In this document: positions 27,846 to 39,947 of the stretch, piece after piece
How positions within the stretch are numbered: the first letter of the stretch is position 1
How the letters are laid out: each line of letters starts with the position of its first letter
NCBI GenBank assembly: GCA_963828255.1
Contig: CAWHDZ010000033.1
Coordinates: forward strand, 1 to 43,585
Reading direction: 5' to 3'
Origin: an uncultured delta proteobacterium
GTDB lineage: Bacteria > Myxococcota > Myxococcia > Myxococcales > Anaeromyxobacteraceae
Length of the DNA: 43,585 bases
Program-made: the position numbers and the translations under genes
The notes under the pieces: generated by a model
Database searches by the model: none
Told to the model about the DNA's origin: nothing
What the model saw: the letters and a program-made list of their open reading frames with translations, nothing else

Positions 27846-30813
27846 GCGCGAAGTAGGCCCGGGCGCCGCCCTCCTTGCGGGCGTGTTCGCCTCCTGCGGC
27901 CACGAAGACGCGGGCAGGATCGACGCCGCCCCCGGCGAGCAGCCGATCGCGGGCCGCGTCGGCTCGGCGCGCCGAGAGCTCCAGGTAGGCCTCCGGGGGC
28001 ACCCGGGCCGCCGCGGCCAGCGCCGCCTCCATCTCCTCCGGCGCCACCGCCGCTCCTTTCGCGCCTCGCCCGTCCGGCTTCCCTTCCGGCGCGGCGCCCG
28101 GCAAGGGTGGGATGGCGGCGAAGGCCACCGCGAGCCAGCGCGGGTACTCCTCCGGCCCGACCTGCACCGTTTCGAGCGCGAGCCCCGGCTGCTTCCCCTT
28201 GAGCGCCGTCCACTTGGCCCGGCGCACCTCCAGGCGGGCCTGCTCGTTCCGGAGCGCGGCGCCGTCCGAGATCTCGTCGGCCGACCCCTCCACCTCGAGG
28301 CGGATCGCGGGGCGCTCCCGCAGCGCCTTGCCGAGCACGTCGATGGTCCTCCCGGCGGCCGGATCGATCCCCACGCTCCCGGCGGCGAAATCGACCCGCT
28401 CCAGGCTCTCCCCGCCTCCCCCGCCGAAGACCCTGCCCAGCGCGGCGAACGGGGCGGTGACCAGCTTCGTGAAGAGGTTCCCGATCGCCTTCCAGACCAT
28501 TCGACCGACCGAGAAGTCGGGGTCGTCGATCGACCCGCTCACGGGGACGTCGATCTCGATGACCCCGTCCCTGTCGGTGAGGAGGGCCAGTCCAAGCTTC
28601 ACCGGCAGTGACGTCACGTCGGGCCCCGGCCGCTCCTCCCCCAGGGTGAACTGATCGATGCGGGCCACGTTCTGGGCCTCCAGCGTGCGGCCCTTGACGG
28701 CATAGCGCAGGTCGACGTCGAGCTTCCCCTTCTGCAGCGCGTACCCCGCGTACCGCGCCACGTAGGGTCCGAGCGGCGTCAGGTCGATGGCGCGCGACTT
28801 GACGGCGAGATTGGTGGCGTCCCCCAGGAAGCGCGGCTGGAGCGTCCCCGCCACCGATACGGGCGCCCCGCCAACCTTTGCGTCGGCCTGGACCTGGGCG
28901 CTCGAGCGCGGCTCGGAGGAGAGACCGCGCACCACCACGGTGAGGTCGGTCATCTCCATGGCCGCGGCCGGCTTCACGGACCGGTCCACGAGCGCGGCGC
29001 GCCCTCCGGTGATCTGGAGCGTTCCGATGGACCAGCGCTGCGCCGGCGCGGCCGGGGACCCCTTCGGCGCCGGGGGGACCGGGGGGGCCGGGTCCGCGTC
29101 GCCGTCCGCCTTCGGCGGTCTGGCCTCCCGGCGCGCCACCACCTCGAGGTTGCGGGCGCCGTCCTCCCAGATGACGGCGCGAAGGCGGGGCTCGAGCAGC
29201 CGGACGGATCGCAACGCCATCCGGCCCGGAGCGGCGTCCACGCCCTCCAGGCGCAGGCTCTTCCAGCGCAGGAACTCCTCCCCGTGCCGGCCGTCCGCCA
29301 TGCGCAGGCCGTCGATCCGGAGATCTCCCCGGAAGGCCCAGGCAGGATCGGCCCCCGCCCCGTCGAGGGTGGCGCGCCCCTTCACTCCCAGGATGGCCTC
29401 CTCCAGCCGGGCCTCGAGGGTTCCGGCCAGGTAGGGCGTCAGCGGCGAGAGGTCGAGCTTCTCCACGGTGAGTGCCAGGTCCGCCGACGCCTGGAGCGGA
29501 CGCAGCGAACCCTTCGCCGAGACCACCCCGCCGCCGTCGACGCGGGCCACGGCGTCGATGGAGGCCGTCGCGGCCGGATCGGCCGAAAGGCCCCCCAGGT
29601 CGAGCCGCTCCACCTCGACGATGGCCCGGACCGGGGGCGACGGGACGGCATCCTCCACCTCGAACCGGACCCCCTTCACCGAGAGCTGGCCGAGACGGAA
29701 GCTGGGCGCCCTCGCCGCGCGAGGGACGGCCGGCGCGGCCGGGTCCGCCACCGGCGCGTCGGGCGCCGCCGCCAGGTCGGGGGGCGGGGGCCGGAGCAGC
29801 GTCACCAGGTCGATGGCGCCATCGGTCCCGCGCGACACCCGGATCCGCCCGCCCTCGAGGGCCATCCGGTCGATGGAGGTGTCCTGGGTGAGCACGTCGG
29901 CGTGGAAGCCGGCCACCTCGTAGCGCGGAAGCTCGATGACCGGAGCGCCCCCGTCCCGGCGGCCGATGACCAGGTCGCGAAGGGACAGCGAGCCGTCCAC
30001 CACCTTGACCATTCGCTTCTCGGTCCCCCACTCGAGGTCGTAGGTGGCCTTGAGGCCGAGCACGCCCTTGCGGATCTCGGCCGCGATCGCGTCCTGGTAG
30101 TAGGGCGCGTACTTGGGAAGCGTCAGGTCCTCGAAGGTGAAGGTTCCGCTGGAGCGGATGGGCTCGATGAAGACGTTGCCGCTCCAGGCGAACTTCTCAC
30201 CAGACTCGGTGCGCCCGGAGAACCTGTAGGGGCTCTGGTTCTCGCGATGGGTCCGGAAGTTCCGGAGCTCGAGCGTGATCGGGCCGACGGTGGTCTCGAA
30301 CGGGCGGCGGCGCGAGCGGTCGGTGAAGTCGATCTGGGCCTCCGCGATGCGCAGGTGGCCCACCGTGAAGACCACCCCTCCACCGGCCTTCGCCGGCGGC
30401 GCACTCCCCTCGTCCCGGGCGGCGAGGCGCTTCAGGATGTCGGCCACGTTGAGCACGCCCCGGGCGTCGAGGCCGGCGTGGAGGTACGGGCGGTCGAGCT
30501 GCAGGTCCTCGACCCCCACCTCCCCCCGGAGAATCCCCCTCAGGCGGGCATTCACGTACAGGCGATCGAGGGAGGCCAGCCGGCTTCCGTCGAGGTCCTC
30601 GACCCGGAAGCCCTCCACGCTGATCGAGAGCGCGAAGGGATTCACCCCGACGCGCTCCACGCTGACCGGTCGCCCGGTCAGGACGCCCACCTGCTTCACG
30701 ATCTGCCCCTTCAGGACGCGGGGGGCGACCACGAACCCCAGGAGCGCGTACAGCGCGGTCACCCCCGCCAGCGCGGCGAGCACTGCGCGGCGCCGCTTCC
30801 AGAAAGCCGTCAT
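27838..30813 (-). CDS. Large DUF748/AsmA-like envelope protein with OmpA-like C-terminal region
   Basis: N-terminal TM helix (YALLGFVVAP), repeated beta-rich segments, LPVKLGLALLTDRDGVIEIDVPVSG, FAAGS..ERPAIRLEVEG. Confidence 0.8.
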   Translation of the reverse strand: MTAFWKRRRAVLAALAGVTALYALLGFVVAPRVLKGQIVKQVGVLTGRPVSVERVGVNPFALSISVEGFRVEDLDGSRLASLDRLYVNARLRGILRGEVGVEDLQLDRPYLHAGLDARGVLNVADILKRLAARDEGSAPPAKAGGGVVFTVGHLRIAEAQIDFTDRSRRRPFETTVGPITLELRNFRTHRENQSPYRFSGRTESGEKFAWSGNVFIEPIRSSGTFTFEDLTLPKYAPYYQDAIAAEIRKGVLGLKATYDLEWGTEKRMVKVVDGSLSLRDLVIGRRDGGAPVIELPRYEVAGFHADVLTQDTSIDRMALEGGRIRVSRGTDGAIDLVTLLRPPPPDLAAAPDAPVADPAAPAVPRAARAPSFRLGQLSVKGVRFEVEDAVPSPPVRAIVEVERLDLGGLSADPAATASIDAVARVDGGGVVSAKGSLRPLQASADLALTVEKLDLSPLTPYLAGTLEARLEEAILGVKGRATLDGAGADPAWAFRGDLRIDGLRMADGRHGEEFLRWKSLRLEGVDAAPGRMALRSVRLLEPRLRAVIWEDGARNLEVVARREARPPKADGDADPAPPVPPAPKGSPAAPAQRWSIGTLQITGGRAALVDRSVKPAAAMEMTDLTVVVRGLSSEPRSSAQVQADAKVGGAPVSVAGTLQPRFLGDATNLAVKSRAIDLTPLGPYVARYAGYALQKGKLDVDLRYAVKGRTLEAQNVARIDQFTLGEERPGPDVTSLPVKLGLALLTDRDGVIEIDVPVSGSIDDPDFSVGRMVWKAIGNLFTKLVTAPFAALGRVFGGGGGESLERVDFAAGSVGIDPAAGRTIDVLGKALRERPAIRLEVEGSADEISDGAALRNEQARLEVRRAKWTALKGKQPGLALETVQVGPEEYPRWLAVAFAAIPPLPGAAPEGKPDGRGAKGAAVAPEEMEAALAAAARVPPEAYLELSARRADAARDRLLAGGGVDPARVFVAAGGEHARKEGGARAYFALR

Positions 30814-30853
30814 TCTCCCCAAGGCACCCTCCCCCGGCCGCTGGCGGCCGCGC

Positions 30854-31270
30854 TCAGCGCATCGACCTCCGCACCAGCGGGTCGATCTCCTTCGGCTTCA
30901 GGCCGGCCTGCTCGAGCAGCACCCCCCACGAGACCTTTCCGGAGCGAAACCTCGCCAGCACCTCGGCAGGGCGCACGCGCAGCCGGGGGGAGAGCAGCGA
31001 CGAGAGGATCACCTCGGGGCTCGTGGCCCCCTCCTTCCGGAGCGCCGCCAGGTCGGCGACGGGGACGGCGAACCGCGCGGCGAGGACGTCGTCCACGCCG
31101 ATGCCGGCGAGCTCCGCGCCGTGGCCAGGATGTACGGGTCGGCCGCGGCAGGCTTCACCGGGTCGAAGGTCCGGTTGGTGAAGCAGTGGCAGGCCGTGGC
31201 GGGCTCGGCCGCCCCGAGGACGGGCGGGGGGGGCGCCGAGGAGCAGGACCAGGGCGAAGGATGCGCGCAT
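30854..31270 (-). CDS. Small secreted hypothetical protein with CHC motif, probably with two compensating frameshifts
   Basis: Signal-like start MRASFALVLLLG. After a G8 run (31226-31233) the alternative frame reads ACHCFTNRTFDPVKPAAADPYILATARS. Confidence 0.55.
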   Translation of the reverse strand: MRASFALVLLLGAPPARPRGGRARHGLPLLHQPDLRPGEACRGRPVHPGHGAELAGIGVDDVLAARFAVPVADLAALRKEGATSPEVILSSLLSPRLRVRPAEVLARFRSGKVSWGVLLEQAGLKPKEIDPLVRRSMR

Positions 31271-31324
31271 GGGCGTGAGAACCGTTTCCGTTCCAGGGGT
31301 CGTTGTGCTCACATAACCCGCCCC

Positions 31325-32296
31325 ATGCGCGACGCCACGCCCGACCTGAACGACATGCGCGTCTTCGCCGCGGTGGGCGCCCGGCGGAGCTTCACCGGGG
31401 CCGGCAAGTTCCTGGGGCTCCCCAAGGCCACCGTGAGCCGCAGGATCACCGCCCTGGAGAAGCGTCTCGGCGTCCGGCTGCTGCTGCGCTCGACGCGGAA
31501 GGTGAGCCTGACCGACGCCGGCCGGGCTTTCCTGGAGCGGTGCCTGCGCATCGAGGACGAGATCTCCGACGCCGAGGCCGCGGTCCGGAGGCTGGGGTCG
31601 GGGCCCCGCGGCACGCTCCGGGTCAGCGCGCCGTTCACGCTGGCCCGGGTGCTCCTCCTGCCCTTCCTCCCCGAGTTCCTCCGCACCTACCCGGAGGTCC
31701 GGGTGGCCCTCACCCTCAGGAACGAGCCGGAGGACCTGGTGGGGCGCGGCGCCGAGGTGGCCCTCTCCCCCTGGCCGCTGCCGCCCTCCCGCCACTCCAC
31801 CCGCCTGCTGGGCGCCATGCAGACCCGCATCTTCGCGAGCCCCGGGTACCTGGAACGGAAGGGCAGGCCCGAGGCGCCCCACGACCTCTCCGGACACCCC
31901 ACGCTGGTCTACTCCGGCGGCGCAGGCCCGGCGCGCCTCTCCTGGACCATCGCCTCCGGCCCCCGCACCGAGACGGTCCCCCTCTTTCCGGCGCTGGTCG
32001 CCAACGACCACGCCCCTCTCCACGCTGCGGCGCTCGCCGGCGTCGGCGTGCTGATGAGCACCCGCCTCCTGGTCGAGGACGCGCTGCGATCGGGCGCGCT
32101 CGTGCCCGTCCTCCCCGAGTGGACCGGACCGTCCATCGAGGTGCGCGTGGTCTTCCCGGGACGGAGTTCCCTCTTCCCCCGCTCCCGGGCCTTCATCGAC
32201 CTCCTCGCCGCCCGGGCCGGACCGCTCATGGCCCGGGCCGAGGAGATGGCCGGCCAGGAGGGCTCTCCGGCCGACCGACCCAGGAGAAGGCCATGA
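31325..32296 (+). CDS. LysR-family regulator (CrgA-like)
   Basis: DLNDMRVF..SFTGAG..VSRRITALEKRLGVRLL, PRGTLRVSAP, ASPGYL. Confidence 0.92.
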   Translation: MRDATPDLNDMRVFAAVGARRSFTGAGKFLGLPKATVSRRITALEKRLGVRLLLRSTRKVSLTDAGRAFLERCLRIEDEISDAEAAVRRLGSGPRGTLRVSAPFTLARVLLLPFLPEFLRTYPEVRVALTLRNEPEDLVGRGAEVALSPWPLPPSRHSTRLLGAMQTRIFASPGYLERKGRPEAPHDLSGHPTLVYSGGAGPARLSWTIASGPRTETVPLFPALVANDHAPLHAAALAGVGVLMSTRLLVEDALRSGALVPVLPEWTGPSIEVRVVFPGRSSLFPRSRAFIDLLAARAGPLMARAEEMAGQEGSPADRPRRRP

Positions 32297-34542
32297 CGTT
32301 TCCCGTGCTCGCCGCGCTGCTCCTCTCCGCCGTTCCCGGAGGGGCCCGCGACGTCCCCGTGTCCCTCACCGTCAGTGGAGGAGTCTCGCTGGGCGCATAC
32401 CAGGCCGGCTACCTCTACTACATGCTCGCCGCGCGGCGGGCCAACCCCTCGATCGGGCGGGTGATCCTCGCCACCGGTGCGTCGGCCGGGAGCGTGAACG
32501 CGCTGCTCACCCTGCGCTCCTCGTGCGCGGGCACCACGCTCGACCCGCGCCGGAGCCTCCTCCACCGGGTCTGGGTACCGATGGGGCTCACCCAGCTCTT
32601 CCAGCCCGGGGAGTCGAGCCCGGTGGCGGCCTTCTCGCAGAAGGCCTTCCAGGACGTCGGCGCGATGGTGGAGGAGGAACTCGCCAGCGGCCTCCCCGAG
32701 ACCTGCGACGTCGTGCTCGGCATCGCCGCCTCCCGGCTCTCGCCGCGCTTGCTGAAGGCGGCCGAGGGCAGGCTCAACGTCCCGGTCACCCAGGAGCACT
32801 TCGTGGTCCGCATCCGGGGGCGGGGCGACGGGCGCATGCCCCTCATCACCAATTACGTCGATCCCGACGCCCTCGACGAGCAGTCGTTGCTCCCGGAGGC
32901 CGCGGACGGGAGCATCCCGTTCCCGGCGCTTCTCGACGCGGTCATCGCCTCGACCTCCTTCCCGGTGGCCTTCCCGCCCCGCGCGGTGAAGCACTGCATG
33001 GTGCGCACGCGCGGACGCACGGCCCCGTTCTGTCCCGACGCCCAGGCCACCACGGCCCTCTTCGTGGACGGAGGCGTGTTCGACAACTCGCCGCTCCGCC
33101 TCGCCGCCACCTACGCGGCCGGGGGGCTCTCCCCCGCGCCCGGGCACGGGCTGCGCTGGAGCCCCGGGCCTCGCCTCTCCGGCTCCCACTCCCCTCCCCC
33201 CGACCTGGCCTTCGCCTTCCTCTCGGCCGACGCCGCCGCCTTCCCGGACCAGTCCGCCTCGGAGTCGGGTGGCGACGACGCGCTCCTCCCGCTGCTTCTC
33301 CGGCAGATGGGGGGGTTCGTGAACAGCGCCCGATCCCGGGAGCTCACCCTGCTCATCGAGAACTACCCGCACATCGTCGAGAACCTGATCTTCCCCCGTC
33401 GCCACTTTCCCGCCGCGAGCTCGCCGATGTACGCCTTCTTCGGCTTCTTCGACGAGGGCTTCCGCTCGTTCGACTTCGACCTGGGGATGTACGAGGCACG
33501 CCGGCAGCTGAAGGGGTTCACGCTCCCCCGGCTCTACCCGGCCGTCCGGGAGAGCTTCACCTTCCCCGAGGACCTGCCGGAGGCGCGGGCCGCCGGCCCG
33601 TCCTGGGCTCCGTTCGCCTGCCTCCGCGCCCTGTTCGATGGCGAGGGCGATCCCGCGGCCCGGTGCGCGGGCGACGACCTGCGCCCGGTGCGCATCCTGG
33701 CCCAGGTCTCGCTCGACCGGCTCTGGGATCGCTGCGTCCCCGACTCGCACTGGGACCCGCCCCCCGCCGGATTCGCGGCCTGCAGCGCGGCCCTGCGCGG
33801 CGCACCGCCCCCGCGGGTCCCCGGCGTGACCGGGAGCCCCGACTTCCGTCGCCGGGCGGACGAGTCGGAGGCCGCGCAGACGACCCGCCTCCTGGCCGCG
33901 TACGAGTACGACTGGTCCGACATCCCGGTGCCGAAGGGCGCCACCGCGGACCAGGTCCTGGCGGCGCTGCGGTCGCAGCTGGCGGAGGTGACCAGCCACC
34001 TGGCCCGCGCGCAGCCGACCTTCGGCGAGAGGGCCGTCATCGGCACCACCGGGCGCGTGGTGGTCGACCTCTTCTTCTACGTACCTCCGCGCGCGACCGC
34101 CTGGCTCACGCTGGGGCGGGCGCTCGAGATCGGCGGCGATTGGGCGGTGAAGGACCTCTCCTTCCTCCGCCTCACCGGGGCCCTCCAGGTCATGAACCTG
34201 GCCACCTCGTTCGGGTCCAGCCCACCCCCGGTGGCCTTCGTGCCGCTCGTCGGGTTCAACGCGCTCCCCCGGGAGATCGGCTCCGCCTTCCTCCAGCCCT
34301 CCTTCCTCCTCCGAGGCGGGTACATGCTGAGCCCGAACGACGCCTTCGGAGGGAAGCCCTGCGAGGGGAGCGACCGCGTCACGATCGGCGCCTGCTCCCG
34401 CCCCGCGGCGGAGGCGGGCGCGGCGGTGGCCGTGGCCGGGATCCTCCGGCTGCAGCTCATGGCCGCGTGGTACCCGCCGGCCTTCGGCTCCCCCGGGCTC
34501 TGGGCGGTCCTGCCCACGCTGGGGTTCCAGCTCGGGCTCTGA
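32293..34542 (+). CDS. Secreted patatin-like phospholipase with extended C-terminal region
   Basis: Signal peptide, SGGVSLGAYQAG, GASAG nucleophile, DGG motif; ATGA overlap with the LysR stop. Confidence 0.85.
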   Translation: MTFPVLAALLLSAVPGGARDVPVSLTVSGGVSLGAYQAGYLYYMLAARRANPSIGRVILATGASAGSVNALLTLRSSCAGTTLDPRRSLLHRVWVPMGLTQLFQPGESSPVAAFSQKAFQDVGAMVEEELASGLPETCDVVLGIAASRLSPRLLKAAEGRLNVPVTQEHFVVRIRGRGDGRMPLITNYVDPDALDEQSLLPEAADGSIPFPALLDAVIASTSFPVAFPPRAVKHCMVRTRGRTAPFCPDAQATTALFVDGGVFDNSPLRLAATYAAGGLSPAPGHGLRWSPGPRLSGSHSPPPDLAFAFLSADAAAFPDQSASESGGDDALLPLLLRQMGGFVNSARSRELTLLIENYPHIVENLIFPRRHFPAASSPMYAFFGFFDEGFRSFDFDLGMYEARRQLKGFTLPRLYPAVRESFTFPEDLPEARAAGPSWAPFACLRALFDGEGDPAARCAGDDLRPVRILAQVSLDRLWDRCVPDSHWDPPPAGFAACSAALRGAPPPRVPGVTGSPDFRRRADESEAAQTTRLLAAYEYDWSDIPVPKGATADQVLAALRSQLAEVTSHLARAQPTFGERAVIGTTGRVVVDLFFYVPPRATAWLTLGRALEIGGDWAVKDLSFLRLTGALQVMNLATSFGSSPPPVAFVPLVGFNALPREIGSAFLQPSFLLRGGYMLSPNDAFGGKPCEGSDRVTIGACSRPAAEAGAAVAVAGILRLQLMAAWYPPAFGSPGLWAVLPTLGFQLGL

Positions 34543-34549
34543 CCGGGCT

Positions 34550-35442
34550 TCAGCGTCCGGGCGGGGCGCCCTCGCCCGGGTCGGCCCCGGCGATCCGCCC
34601 CGCGTGCGTGTACACGTTGAGCCGGTCGCCCCGGGCGAAGCCCACCAGGGCGATCCCCGCCCCCCGGGCGAGATTCACCGCTAGTGAACTTGGGGCCGAG
34701 ACCCCGGCCACCACCGGGACGCCCGCGGCGGCGGCCTTCTGCACGATCTCGAAGCTGGTCCGGCCGCTCACAGCGAGCAGGCGGGCCCGGGCGGGTCCGG
34801 GGCGCCCGGCCAGTCCGCGGCGCAGCAGCGCCCCCACCACCTTGTCCACGGCGTTGTGGCGCCCCACGTCCTCCGCCGAGGCGAGCAGCGCGCCGGCCTC
34901 GCCGAAGGCCGCGGCGGCGTGGAGGCCGCCGGTCCGCGAGAAGACCGGCTGCAGCCCGGAGAGCATGGCCATGCAGCGCAGGATCTCCGCCGCCGGAAGG
35001 GCCGGGGCGTCCCCCACCGGGGAGCAGCGCGCCAGCAGCCCGTCGATGCTCCGGCGGCCGCAGACCCCGCAGGCCGACGTGGTGGTGGACCAGCGCCGCC
35101 CCTCCAGGACCCGCTCCACGTCGATCCGGTGGCCGCCGGCGGAGCGCACGTCCACGACGTTGCCGTACCCCTCCTCGCCGGGGCGGCCGCAGTGGGACGC
35201 CGAGCCGACGTCGCCGGCACCGTCGATCATCCCCTCCGAGAAGAGGAAGCCGAGCGCCAGGTCGGAGTCGGCGCCCGGCGTGCGCATGGTCACGGCCACC
35301 GTCTCGCCGTCCACGCGGACCTCGAGCGGTTCCTCCACCGCCACCGCGTCGGCGCAGCGCTCGGCCCGGCCACCCTCCACCCGGACCACCTCCACGTCGG
35401 TGGTGGCGCCGGCGCGCGGGTGGACGGGGGGCTCTCGTCCAC
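34550..35442 (-). CDS. fdhD: Formate dehydrogenase accessory sulfurtransferase FdhD (copy 1); G-run indel next to the start
   Basis: AVEEPLE, TMRTPG, SACGVCG, TGGLHAAA, EDVGRHNAVDK, SGRTSFE. The run at 35426-35431 is G6, versus G4 in copy 2. Confidence 0.92.
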
Positions 35443-35445
35443 GGG

Positions 35446-36024
35446 CTACCCCAGGAACGGCCGGATGGCGGCCACGACGAGGGCGCTCACCCGGGCGTTC
35501 TCCCGCATCCACTCCGCGTGTGCGTCGGGCCCGACCCGGTTGGCGACGCCCAGGACCGCGGCCGCAGGGACCCCCGCCGCGGCGCAGGCCGCCAGCACCC
35601 CGGTGAGCTCCAGGTGCTCCGCCGTGGCGACCCGGGAGAGGGACCGCGCTCCCGCCTCGGTGAGGGTGACGGCGGGCGGGACGGCGACGTCGTGGGCGGG
35701 GAGCGGCAGGACCCAGGTGGCCGGCCACCGGCAAACCTCCGCCGCCGGGCGGTAGGCGCGCCCCTCCACCTCCTCGACCGAGGTGGCGATGGCCCGCGCC
35801 GCCGAGAGGACGTCGCCCACCGCGAGCCGGCCGTCGTAGGCCCCGCAGGTTCCCACGAAGAGCAGGCGGGCCGGCCGGTGCTCCCGGAGCAGGCGGGAGG
35901 TCTCCACCGCGGCGGTGATGGCCCCGATGCCGGAGGTGGCGACGACCCAGCCGGCCGGAGGCTCGCGGTCGAGCCCGGAGAGCTCGGGAGCGAACGCCGA
36001 GAGCAGGAGGGACGGGGCGCTCAT
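35446..36024 (-). CDS. Nucleoside phosphorylase/nucleosidase-fold protein (MTA-SAH or futalosine hydrolase-like), copy 1
   Basis: SAFAPEL, SGIG, FVGTCGAY, EHLE, GVANRVG. Confidence 0.75.
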   Translation of the reverse strand: MSAPSLLLSAFAPELSGLDREPPAGWVVATSGIGAITAAVETSRLLREHRPARLLFVGTCGAYDGRLAVGDVLSAARAIATSVEEVEGRAYRPAAEVCRWPATWVLPLPAHDVAVPPAVTLTEAGARSLSRVATAEHLELTGVLAACAAAGVPAAAVLGVANRVGPDAHAEWMRENARVSALVVAAIRPFLG

Positions 36025-36086
36025 CCTGACCTGGGCTCATCCCACGGGAGGACGGGGGGGTGCAAGCCCGCCCCGGCGCCCGGCCG

Positions 36087-36425
36087 CTACAGGACGTCGT
36101 CACCCCGCTCCCCGGTGCGCACCCGGATCGCCTCCTCCACGGGCACGACGAAGACCTTCCCGTCACCGATGCGCCCGGTCCCCACCGCCCTCTGGAGGAC
36201 GTCGAGGAGGCGCGGGACGAGGGAGCTGGGGACGACCACCTCGACCTTCAGCTTGGGGCGGAAGTCGATGGAGTACTCGGCGCCCCGGTAGATCTCGCCG
36301 TGCCCGCGCTGCCTGCCGTAGCCCTTCACCTCGGTCACGGTCAGCCCCTCGACCCCCCACGCCGCGAACGCGTTCTTCAGGGTCTCCAGCCGTGACGGCT
36401 GGATGACGGCCTCGATCTTGGTCAC
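36087..36425 (-). CDS. glnB: Nitrogen regulatory protein P-II (copy 1, intact; glnB versus glnK not distinguishable)
   Basis: KIEAVI, EVKGYGRQRG, T-loop YRGAEY, TGRIGDGKVFV, IRVRTGERG; GGAGGTG RBS. Confidence 0.93.
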   Translation of the reverse strand: MTKIEAVIQPSRLETLKNAFAAWGVEGLTVTEVKGYGRQRGHGEIYRGAEYSIDFRPKLKVEVVVPSSLVPRLLDVLQRAVGTGRIGDGKVFVVPVEEAIRVRTGERGDDVL

Positions 36426-36449
36426 GCCTCACCTCCGGCGGCCTTGGGC

Positions 36450-36465
36450 TGCAAGGGCCGCGCCG
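36450..36465 (-). promoter_or_regulatory. Candidate sigma54 promoter of the P-II gene (second copy at 40953-40968)
   Basis: Minus strand CGGCGCGGCCCTTGCA fits GGC-CG-N4-TTGCA and lies 24 nt upstream of the GTG start. Confidence 0.6.
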
Positions 36466-36506
36466 CGTCGCCGGCATCGGGCTGCGCGATCGCGCGGCGA
36501 ACCGGG

Positions 36507-36541
36507 GGCACCGGCTGCCCACTCCCCGGGCAGCCGGTGCC
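36507..36541. repeat. Perfect 14-bp inverted repeat with 7-nt loop (second copy at 41010-41044)
   Basis: GGCACCGGCTGCCC-actcccc-GGGCAGCCGGTGCC between the kinase stop and the P-II promoter. Confidence 0.85.
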
Positions 36542-36596
36542 AGGATCCAGGCAGCTCCCGGCCGCAGCGCCGACGGCAGCCGGCGCCCGCCGCGGT

Positions 36597-38987
<2,391 letters not shown>

Positions 38988-39056
38988 GGTCTTCGACGAT
39001 GCTCGCCCGGACCGCCCCCCGGCGGAAGTCCATGATCCACCGACGTCGGGCGGAAT

Positions 39057-39944
39057 AGCGTCAGGGAGCGGCGGCCCGCCCGGGTCGGCCCCGGCAATCC
39101 GCCCCGCGTGCGTGTACACGTTGAGCCGGTCGCCCCGGGCGAAGCCCACCAGGGCGATCCCCGCCCCCCGGGCGAGATTCACCGCTAGTGAACTTGGGGC
39201 CGAGACCCCGGCCACCACCGGGACGCCCGCGGCGGCGGCCTTCTGCACGATCTCGAAGCTGGTCCGGCCGCTCACAGCGAGCAGGCGGGCCCGGGCGGGT
39301 CCGGGGCGCCCGGCCAGTCCGCGGCGCAGCAGCGCCCCCACCACCTTGTCCACGGCGTTGTGGCGCCCCACGTCCTCCGCCGAGGCGAGCAGCGCGCCGG
39401 CCTCGCCGAAGGCCGCGGCGGCGTGGAGGCCGCCGGTCCGCGAGAAGACCGGCTGCAGCCCGGAGAGCATGGCCATGCAGCGCAGGATCTCCGCCGCCGG
39501 AAGGGCCGGGGCGTCCCCCACCGGGGAGCAGCGCACCAGCAGCCCGTCGATGCTCCGGCGGCCGCAGACCCCGCAGGCCGACGTGGTGGTGGACCAGCGC
39601 CGCCCCTCCAGGACCCGCTCCACGTCGATCCGGTGGCCGCCGGCGGAGCGCACGTCCACGACGTTGCCGTACCCCTCCTCGCCGGGGCGGCCGCAGTGGG
39701 ACGCCGAGCCGACGTCGCCGGCACCGTCGATCATCCCCTCCGAGAAGAGGAAGCCGAGCGCCAGGTCGGAGTCGGCGCCCGGCGTGCGCATGGTCACGGC
39801 CACCGTCTCGCCGTCCACGCGGACCTCGAGCGGTTCCTCCACCGCCACCGCGTCGGCGCAGCGCTCGGCCCGGCCACCCTCCACCCGGACCACCTCCACG
39901 TCGGTGGTGGCGCCGGCGCGCGGGTGGACGGGGCTCTCGTCCAC
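39057..39944 (-). CDS. fdhD: FdhD copy 2; stop codon lost at the junction, so it reads into kinase copy 1
   Basis: Same motifs as copy 1; forms the N-terminus of the 1115-aa ORF 36597-39944. Confidence 0.8.
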
Positions 39945-39947
39945 GGG

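Noticed and set aside
36528..36542. TGGCAC on the minus strand as a sigma54 -24 box
   Set aside because: The GC falls 2 nt too early for GG-N10-GC; it is one arm of the inverted repeat.
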